Positions 52,724 through 58,912 of a stretch of DNA of 58,912 nucleotides are shown here, in pieces. Position 1 is the stretch's first letter. Each line of letters opens with the position of its first letter. Source of the DNA: Oscillospiraceae bacterium. Lineage in GTDB: Bacteria > Bacillota > Clostridia > Oscillospirales > UBA644. The notes under the pieces were generated by a model. That model made no database searches. It worked only from the letters and a program-made list of their open reading frames with translations, and was not told the origin of the DNA. The translations under genes and the position numbers were made by a program. Location: positions 1-58,912 of the forward strand of contig SVMP01000001.1 of assembly GCA_015067385.1 (NCBI GenBank), given 5' to 3'.

Positions 52724-54103
52724 TCAATAACAAAAATCGAGAATAACCTGTGCGTACACTTCCGAAAGGGAGATAAGTGCTTCTTCGGAAATATATTCGT
52801 CAGGTCCGTGCATATTGCCGCAAACGGCTTTGTTTCCTTCGTCCGCAGGTCCGAACGCTACGCATTTACCGCAGAACGCTTTCGCATATGTTGAACCTCT
52901 TTCGCAAACAAATCCGCAGGGTTTGCCTGTTGCCTTTTCGTAGCTTGCGGCAACAGAACGCATAAACGGGCTGTCTTCGGGGATTCTGATGCCGTTACCG
53001 TTTCTGTCGGGGATGTATTCGCCGCCGTTTTCTTCTGCAACAGCTTTGAGTTTGTCGCTTATTGCAAACGCATCCGCGCTGATCGGCGTACGGCTGTCAA
53101 CGGAGACCTCGCCTTTGCCGTTTTCAAAAGAGCACATTCCGAAGTTTACGGAGAGCTTTCCGGAAAATTCATCGCTGCAGTTTATGCCGAGCGCTTCGCC
53201 TTCTGTTCCTTTGACATATTTCTTCGTGAATGAAAGAAAACTGTTTTCTGCGCCGAACTTTTCAAATGTTCTTTCAAGAACGGAAAGCATATCCAATACC
53301 GCACTTCTGCCTTTTTCGGGTACGGATCCGTGAGCCGAAAGTCCTCTGCAAAGAAGAGAGATCACGCCGTTTTCAAATGCTGTTTCGGGTTCGAGAAGCT
53401 CCGAGGAGATATTTTTGACGTATTCAAAAACTTCTTCCGAGCCTTCTATTTTACATTCGCATTTTTCCGCAACGCAGTTTACGGCTCTGCCGCCCTTCAG
53501 GGAAATAAGTTTAACATTTCCGTTTTCTTTTACGTTGTCAAAAGAAAATTTACCGAAAACAAAGCCAAGCTCCGCATTTGTTACGGGGAAGCTTGCATCG
53601 GGGGTAAGCGCATAATCGGGAAGACCGAATTCATCAACGTATCTGTGCATATCGCTCATGCCGCACTCTTCATCGCCGCCTACAACGAGAGAAACTCTCA
53701 TCTTGGGTTCTTTGCCGCTGTTTTTAACGGCCGCAAGAGAATACATTGCCGCAACAGCCGCCCCCTTGTCATCGAGAACACCTCTGCCGTAAAGCATACC
53801 GTTTTCTCTTGTTAAAGCGTATGCCGGTTTGGTCCAGCCTTCGCCTGCGGGAACTACGTCGCCGTGTGCAACAACGAGAAATGTTTCGTCGCCTTTGCCG
53901 ATCGAGATTCTGAGCGCATAGCCGAGGTTTTCAACTTCAAGACCGAGTGCTTTTGCTTCGTCGGAAAGAACATTGAATGCGTCGGCTACGGGTTTGCCGT
54001 AAGGTCCGTATTCGTCTTCCTTTCCGCTTACGCTCGGAACATCAATGAATCTTGAAAGATCTTTGATGAGATTTTCGCTGTTTTTACGTATAAAATCGTT
54101 CAC
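52724..54103 (-). CDS. pepV: M20 family dipeptidase (PepV/Sapep-like)
   Basis: VVAHGDVVPAGEGWT..P, GRGVLDDKG and GGDEE blocks. GTG start immediately after the upstream TAA (TAAGTG), with an AGGTGA RBS. Confidence 0.8.
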   Translation of the reverse strand: MNDFIRKNSENLIKDLSRFIDVPSVSGKEDEYGPYGKPVADAFNVLSDEAKALGLEVENLGYALRISIGKGDETFLVVAHGDVVPAGEGWTKPAYALTRENGMLYGRGVLDDKGAAVAAMYSLAAVKNSGKEPKMRVSLVVGGDEECGMSDMHRYVDEFGLPDYALTPDASFPVTNAELGFVFGKFSFDNVKENGNVKLISLKGGRAVNCVAEKCECKIEGSEEVFEYVKNISSELLEPETAFENGVISLLCRGLSAHGSVPEKGRSAVLDMLSVLERTFEKFGAENSFLSFTKKYVKGTEGEALGINCSDEFSGKLSVNFGMCSFENGKGEVSVDSRTPISADAFAISDKLKAVAEENGGEYIPDRNGNGIRIPEDSPFMRSVAASYEKATGKPCGFVCERGSTYAKAFCGKCVAFGPADEGNKAVCGNMHGPDEYISEEALISLSEVYAQVILDFCY

Positions 54104-55564
54104 TTATCTCACCTTCATGTAATCAGCGTATTTCTTGTTCCATTTATCGGAATCTTCAGGCATATAGATCTTGAGGTCGCCGAGATATTTTCTTGCTTCG
54201 TCAAGGTCTTTGATCTCGCCTTTTGCAATGAGCTGAACCGCAATGTTTCCGAGTGCAGTAGCTTCAATGGGACCTGCGGTTACTTTCTTGCCTGTAGCAC
54301 AAGCGGTAAAGCGGCAAAGATTTTCGTCTTTTGTACCGCCGCCGATAAGATGAACGGTATCGATAGTGTAACCGAGGATCTTTTCGAGATTTTCAATATA
54401 GAAACGGTAGGTGAGAGCAAGGCTTTCAAGAATACAGAGAGCCTGCTGACCTTTTGTTTTGGGAACATCCTGACCCTTTGAAACGAGGAATTCTTCCATT
54501 CTCTTAGGCATATTGCCGGGAGCGACGAAAGAATCATCGTCGGGATTGATATAGACATTTGCGGAAACCTCTGTTTCGAGCATTCTGTCAATGTCTTTGA
54601 ACGAAATATCGCTGCCTTCTCTTATCCACTGACGGCGTGTTTCCTGAAGAAGCCAAAGACCGGAAATATTCTTGAGGAATCTGATCGTGCCTTCGTAACC
54701 GCCTTCGTTGGTGAAGTTTTCTTCAAAGCTCTTTTCGTTTATAAGGGGTTCGTCAAGCTCTGCACCGAGAAGCGACCATGTGCCGCAGGAAATATAACAG
54801 CTCTTTTCGCCTTTTTCAATGGGTGCCGCAACAACTGCCGATGCCGTATCGTGAGATGCGCATGCGATAACGTCGATGGGCTTGTCGAAGCCGAGTTCTT
54901 CTGCGATCTCGGGAAGAAGCTTGCCTGTTACACTGCCGGGCATACGGATAGCGGGGAAGATGTCTTTGTTAATACCGAGCTTTTCAAGAAGCGCATAGTC
55001 CCAGTCGCGTTTGTTTGCATCAAGAAGCTGAGAGGTGGACGCTATAGTATATTCGATGCTCTTTTCGCCTGTGAGGAAGTATGCTAAAAGGTCAGGCGTA
55101 AAAAGAAGGGTGTCTGCTCTGTCTAAAAGTTCTTTTCTGTTTTCAACAAGAGAGTAAAGCTGGAAGATAGTGTTGAGCTTTACGAACTGAATACCTGTCG
55201 ATGAATAGATCTCATCACGGGGAACAACAGAGAACACCTTATCCATCATATCGTCAACACGGCTGTCACGGTAATGGATGGGGTTTTCGAGAAGTCTGCC
55301 GTCTTTGTCGAGAAGACCGAAGTCAACGCCCCATGTGTCGATAGCGATGCTTTCAATGTCTTTATGTCCTGCGGTAACACATTTGGAAAGACCTGTCTTG
55401 ATCTCAAAGAACAGACGGAGAATGTCCCAGTAAAGTGTTCCGTTTACCATTACGGGATCGTTTGAAAAACGGTGGATCTCTTCCATTTCGAGTTTGCCGT
55501 TTTCGTATATGCCGAGGATCGCGCGGCCTGAGGATGCGCCGAGGTCAAATGCTAAAACTTTCAT
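54104..55564 (-). CDS. rhaB: rhamnulokinase-like FGGY family sugar kinase
   Basis: MKVLAFDLGASSGRAILG.......EEIHRFSN.PV..NGTLYWD and later GGG..N..L..F.A.ATG are typical RhaB features. Confidence 0.75.
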   Translation of the reverse strand: MKVLAFDLGASSGRAILGIYENGKLEMEEIHRFSNDPVMVNGTLYWDILRLFFEIKTGLSKCVTAGHKDIESIAIDTWGVDFGLLDKDGRLLENPIHYRDSRVDDMMDKVFSVVPRDEIYSSTGIQFVKLNTIFQLYSLVENRKELLDRADTLLFTPDLLAYFLTGEKSIEYTIASTSQLLDANKRDWDYALLEKLGINKDIFPAIRMPGSVTGKLLPEIAEELGFDKPIDVIACASHDTASAVVAAPIEKGEKSCYISCGTWSLLGAELDEPLINEKSFEENFTNEGGYEGTIRFLKNISGLWLLQETRRQWIREGSDISFKDIDRMLETEVSANVYINPDDDSFVAPGNMPKRMEEFLVSKGQDVPKTKGQQALCILESLALTYRFYIENLEKILGYTIDTVHLIGGGTKDENLCRFTACATGKKVTAGPIEATALGNIAVQLIAKGEIKDLDEARKYLGDLKIYMPEDSDKWNKKYADYMKVR

Positions 55565-55705
55565 AATCAACAACTCCAGTAATTGTTATTTTTATGGTCA
55601 AAAAATAATTTTCCATGATATGACTAATTATAACATTTTCAAAAGTATTTGTCAATTCATAAGACGATAAAAAAAGGAAAATGTTCCAATAAAAAATCAT
55701 TTCTC

Positions 55706-55734
55706 TTGACAAACCGTGCCTCTTATGGTAAAAT
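55706..55734 (+). promoter_or_regulatory. putative sigma-A promoter for pyrC-pyrF
   Basis: TTGACA (55706-55711), 17 nt, TAAAAT (55729-55734) preceded by TGG. Confidence 0.5.
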
Positions 55735-55754
55735 GTTCAAAAGGAATGATTGAA

Positions 55755-56960
55755 ATGCTGTTTAAAAATATAATTCTTAATGAAAAAAATACAGATATCC
55801 TCGTAAATAACGGTGTGATCGAAAAAATAGGGGAGGGTCTCGTCGATAAAGATATTATCGACTGCAGCGGTCTTACCGCCCTGCCTTCTTTTATCGATCT
55901 TCATGTACATCTTCGTGAACCCGGTTTTGAACATAAGGAAACTGTCTTTACAGGAACTCTCGCCGCGCGTAACGGCGGTTTTTCGGATGTGTTCTGTATG
56001 CCCAACACAAAACCTGTCTGCGACAGTGTCGATGTTGTTAAAATGATCCTCGAAAAAGAGGCGAATGTCAGAGTTCATCCCGTTTGCGCCATAACAAAAG
56101 GTCAGCAGGGTAAAGAGCTCTGCGATTTCGGGGCTTACAAAGAAGCAGGCGTTATCGCCGTTTCCGATGACGGTATGCCCGTTCCCGACGATGATATCCT
56201 CGAAAAGGCAATGCTCGCCGCAAAAGAAAACGGTCTTTTGCTTATCAGCCATTGCGAAAATAAATCCGTTATCACCGATAAGCTCAATATCCCCTCCGAA
56301 GCGGAATATTCCGACGTTATCCGTGTTATCAACCTTGCCGCAAAAACAGGCGCAAAGGTCCATCTTGCTCATATAAGCACCAAAGAAAGCGTTGCCGCTA
56401 TCAGAGAAGCTAAAAAGGCAGGCATTGATGTTACAGCCGAAACATGCGCTCATTATTTTACGATCACCGCAGATGCGTTCAAAATCCACGGCCCGAATGC
56501 TATGATGAATCCGCCGCTTCGCTTCAAAGAGGATAAAGAAGCTATTCTGAATGCCCTTTGCGACGGTACTTTCGACATGATCTCGACCGACCATGCTCCT
56601 CATTCGATAGAAGAAAAATCTGTTGATCCGTATAAGGCACCGTTCGGTATTATCGGGCTTGAAACATCTTTCCCGCTTTCTTATACCGCACTTGTAAGAT
56701 CGGGGCTTATGTCTCTTTCGGATCTTACCCGTCTTATGTCCGAAGCTCCCGCAAAAAGAGCAGGTCTCTGTGTTCCGTCTTTAACAGAGGGCGCACGCGC
56801 CGACTTCGTTGCGGCTGACCTTTCGCAGACTTTTGTCTTCGATAAAGAAAAATGTCTTTCAAAATCAAGAAATACACCGTTCTCCGGCACGGAAATGACC
56901 GGACGAGCTGTTTACAGTATAGTAAAAGGAGATGTCTTTAAATGTCAACCAATATTTTGA
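55755..56960 (+). CDS. pyrC: dihydroorotase
   Basis: IDLHVHLREPG, metal-ligand context and DHAPH motif. The ATG at 55755 follows AAAGGAA and lies downstream of the predicted promoter. Confidence 0.9.
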   Translation: MLFKNIILNEKNTDILVNNGVIEKIGEGLVDKDIIDCSGLTALPSFIDLHVHLREPGFEHKETVFTGTLAARNGGFSDVFCMPNTKPVCDSVDVVKMILEKEANVRVHPVCAITKGQQGKELCDFGAYKEAGVIAVSDDGMPVPDDDILEKAMLAAKENGLLLISHCENKSVITDKLNIPSEAEYSDVIRVINLAAKTGAKVHLAHISTKESVAAIREAKKAGIDVTAETCAHYFTITADAFKIHGPNAMMNPPLRFKEDKEAILNALCDGTFDMISTDHAPHSIEEKSVDPYKAPFGIIGLETSFPLSYTALVRSGLMSLSDLTRLMSEAPAKRAGLCVPSLTEGARADFVAADLSQTFVFDKEKCLSKSRNTPFSGTEMTGRAVYSIVKGDVFKCQPIF

Positions 56961-57796
56961 TCGATAAGATCCTCGAAAAGAAAAACCCCACCGTCGCAGG
57001 TCTTGACCCCCTTTGCGACTATCTTCCCCAGTCTATGATCGCAGGCGATTCTCCCGCAGAAAAAGCAGATGCTATCTTCAGATTCAACAAAGATCTCATC
57101 GATGCTCTTTACGATATCGTACCCGCTGTTAAACCTCAGCTTGCTTACTACGAGATCCTCGGTCATGAAGGCTATAAGGCTTTCTGCAAGACTGTTGATT
57201 ACGCTAAAAGTAAGGGCCTCTATGTTATCGCAGACGGTAAACGTAACGATATCGGCTCCACCGCTTCCGCTTATTCCAAGGGCTTTTTCGGTATTATCGA
57301 TTCCGATGCTCTTACCGTAAACGCTTACCTCGGCTTCGACGGCGTTGAACCTTTCCTCGTTGACGGCAAGGCTATCTATATCCTTGTTAAGACCTCCAAC
57401 AAAGGCAGCGGCGAACTTCAGGACCTCGTTCTCGAAAACGGCAAGAAAGTTTATGAACATATGGGTGACCTCGTTTCCGCTTGGGGCGAAAAGTCCATCG
57501 GCTCTCACGGTTATTCCGATGTCGGCGCAGTTGTAGGCGCAACTTATCCCGCAATGCTTACTGAGCTTCGTGAACGTCTTCCCCATACCTTCTTCCTCGT
57601 TCCCGGTTACGGTGCACAGGGCGGCGGTGCAAAAGACGTTGTCGGCGCTTTCAAAAACGGCATAGGCGCAGTTATCAACTCTTCAAGAGGCATCATGTGC
57701 GCTTATAAAGCTCAGGGTCTTCCTGCTGAAAAATTTGCGGAAGCCGCTCGCATCGAAGCTATCAGAATGCGTGACGAGATCATGAGCGAGATCTGA
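56942..57796 (+). CDS. pyrF: orotidine 5'-phosphate decarboxylase (long, type 2)
   Basis: VAGLDP, ADGKRNDIGST and VPGYGAQGG motifs. Overlaps the end of pyrC. Confidence 0.9.
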   Translation: MSTNILIDKILEKKNPTVAGLDPLCDYLPQSMIAGDSPAEKADAIFRFNKDLIDALYDIVPAVKPQLAYYEILGHEGYKAFCKTVDYAKSKGLYVIADGKRNDIGSTASAYSKGFFGIIDSDALTVNAYLGFDGVEPFLVDGKAIYILVKTSNKGSGELQDLVLENGKKVYEHMGDLVSAWGEKSIGSHGYSDVGAVVGATYPAMLTELRERLPHTFFLVPGYGAQGGGAKDVVGAFKNGIGAVINSSRGIMCAYKAQGLPAEKFAEAARIEAIRMRDEIMSEI

Positions 57797-57826
57797 TCAT
57801 TATTGTAATATTTATTCTTTTACATA

Positions 57827-57858
57827 CAGCCTTTATCTGACCGATAAGGGCTGTTTAT
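57827..57858 (+). terminator. rho-independent terminator after pyrF
   Basis: Stem CAGCCTTTATC / GATAAGGGCTG (one G-T pair), loop TGACC, then TTTAT. Confidence 0.55.
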
Positions 57859-57913
57859 GCTTACGATTTTAACGCTACATCGATTTTCGTATATACTATA
57901 GATCATGTTAATA

Positions 57914-57950
57914 TGAAAAAATGCCGAAAGTAACATTTAGTTACTTTCGG
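57914..57950 (-). terminator. rho-independent terminator overlapping the 3' end of the XRE-fusion gene
   Basis: Perfect 11-bp stem CCGAAAGTAAC / GTTACTTTCGG with the TAA stop in the loop. The A-run 57916-57921 gives a U-tract on the minus strand. Confidence 0.6.
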
Positions 57951-58569
57951 TAGTTTTATAAGTTATCTGATTACATGTCAAATTAGCGGAGGCTACGGTT
58001 CCTGCACACTCTATTGTATGTGCCTGAAGTTGGTAGCACTCGGTTATATTGTTACAAATAATTTTCTGTGCATTTATTTCTTTTACATTGATATTTCCTT
58101 CGCTCTTTACGTCTCCGTTGATCATGGCGGTTTCTATATTTTGATGGCAAACAACATCTCCGTTAATTGAGCTGTCGGATATAACGTGTCCGTAAACTTC
58201 TACCTTGAAATACTGCGTTTTGTCGTTGCAATTGCGAGGAAAGGCTATCTCTATCGGAGGTTCATCTCTCGTAATGATTGATGAGACCTTTAAAACCTTT
58301 GTTCCTCTCATTTGAACGATTCTTATAACATCATCATCTTTCATATAGTGGTTTAGATCAGAATAATCTGTTATATTCTCCGAAAAAAGTGCATCGATGG
58401 AAACGTCAAACAAATTCGCGATTTGCGGCAGTAAAGAAATATCGGGTGTGTTTGCATTGTTTTCCCACTTCGAAACTGCCTGATAGGAAATGCCTAATTT
58501 TTCCGCAACCTGATCTTGGGTCAGATTCTTCTTTTGCCTTAATTGTTTAATGTTATTACCGATATTCAT
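57937..58569 (-). CDS. XRE family HTH regulator fused to a repetitive, probably beta-helical (bactofilin-like) C-terminal domain
   Basis: The N-terminus IKQLRQKKNLTQDQVAEKLGISYQAVSKWENNANTPDISLL is HTH_3. The C-terminal part has short periodic G-D-V/I-N repeats (SSINGDVV, MINGDVKSEGNINV, ...). Confidence 0.75.
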   Translation of the reverse strand: MNIGNNIKQLRQKKNLTQDQVAEKLGISYQAVSKWENNANTPDISLLPQIANLFDVSIDALFSENITDYSDLNHYMKDDDVIRIVQMRGTKVLKVSSIITRDEPPIEIAFPRNCNDKTQYFKVEVYGHVISDSSINGDVVCHQNIETAMINGDVKSEGNINVKEINAQKIICNNITECYQLQAHTIECAGTVASANLTCNQITYKTTESN

Positions 58570-58678
58570 AGCATCATCTCCTTTATTGTAAAATAATTAT
58601 ACCATATTTATAGAATTTTTTCAATAGAGTGTATCTCTTGTTTCTCAACCGTTGCTTGAGTTCCGTAGGTTTTCCTTC

Positions 58679-58707
58679 TTGACACGTCAATCTCTTTGTG
58701 CTATAAT
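58679..58707 (+). promoter_or_regulatory. consensus sigma-A promoter for the GH130 gene
   Basis: TTGACA (58679-58684), 17 nt, TATAAT (58702-58707). The -35 is part of the inverted repeat TTGAC-AC-GTCAA (58679-58690). Confidence 0.55.
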
Positions 58708-58747
58708 TCGGATATTATTACAGATAAATACTTAAGGAGATCTAACT

Positions 58748-58912
58748 ATGGCAAGAGAAGTAAAAAAACTCGATGAATCCATGTTTAAGACTGCTGATTG
58801 CATCACCCGTCACCCCGAACCTGTTTTAACATATAAAGACGTTCCCTATAAAGCCGCTCTCACTTTCAACGCAGGTGTTCTGAAAAGAGAAAACGGCAAA
58901 TATATCATGATC
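58748..58912 (+). CDS. GH130 family glycoside phosphorylase/hydrolase, N-terminal fragment (runs off the right edge)
   Basis: ATG at 58748 follows AAGGAG. R.PEPVLTYKDVPY.A.L.FNAGV.K..GKY.M resembles the GH130 (mannoside phosphorylase) N-terminus. Confidence 0.6.
   Translation, partial: MAREVKKLDESMFKTADCITRHPEPVLTYKDVPYKAALTFNAGVLKRENGKYIMI

Noticed and set aside
55737-56603. 288-aa minus-strand ORF
   Set aside because: It is an antisense shadow of pyrC (dihydroorotase), whose motifs are unambiguous on the plus strand.
56945-57586. 213-aa minus-strand ORF
   Set aside because: It is an antisense shadow of pyrF, with no RBS or recognisable motif.

Overview
The window looks like a chromosomal segment from an anaerobic, spore-forming Firmicute. 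It is probably Clostridia, and Oscillospiraceae/Ruminococcaceae-like by gene content and codon style, but taxon was not verified. About 58 CDS and one tRNA-Ser(UGA) are supported. I saw no rRNA, CRISPR array, cas gene, transposase or integrase.

Most content is housekeeping: uppP, zapA, dut, rpiB, tsaB/tsaE, coaX, pyrC/pyrF. There is also an iron/oxidative-stress cluster: a multidomain flavodiiron protein, ferritin, a rubredoxin missing from the ORF track, a BFD-like protein, a ZIP transporter, rubrerythrin and a divergent Crp/Fnr regulator. A set of intracellular glycan-processing genes is present too: GH116, GH95, a GH110-like beta-helix protein, GH130, CBM9-like, transglutaminase-like and SGNH esterases.

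Three visibly AT-richer patches (about 22.8-24.9 kb, 30.3-31.9 kb and 57.9-58.7 kb) carry small XRE-type regulators and unknown genes.

Most interesting candidates:
1. A translationally coupled minus-strand operon (38098-34269) encodes a membrane-anchored NERD-like protein plus two paralogous MutS domain-III/V-only ATPases. Both ATPases have Asn in place of the Walker-B Asp.
2. An ORF-less minus-strand transcription unit (22987-22816) has a promoter, a multi-stem junction, a terminator and an alternative antiterminator pairing. This is a riboswitch-like layout lying upstream of an SGNH-hydrolase operon.
3. Convergent arrays of the 9-mer AGTGATATT, interleaved with GC mini-hairpins, lie next to tRNA-Ser and are bounded by a 20-bp direct repeat.
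4. An AT-rich four-gene cassette sits behind a perfect consensus promoter.

All functional calls come from motif recognition by eye. No database search was run.
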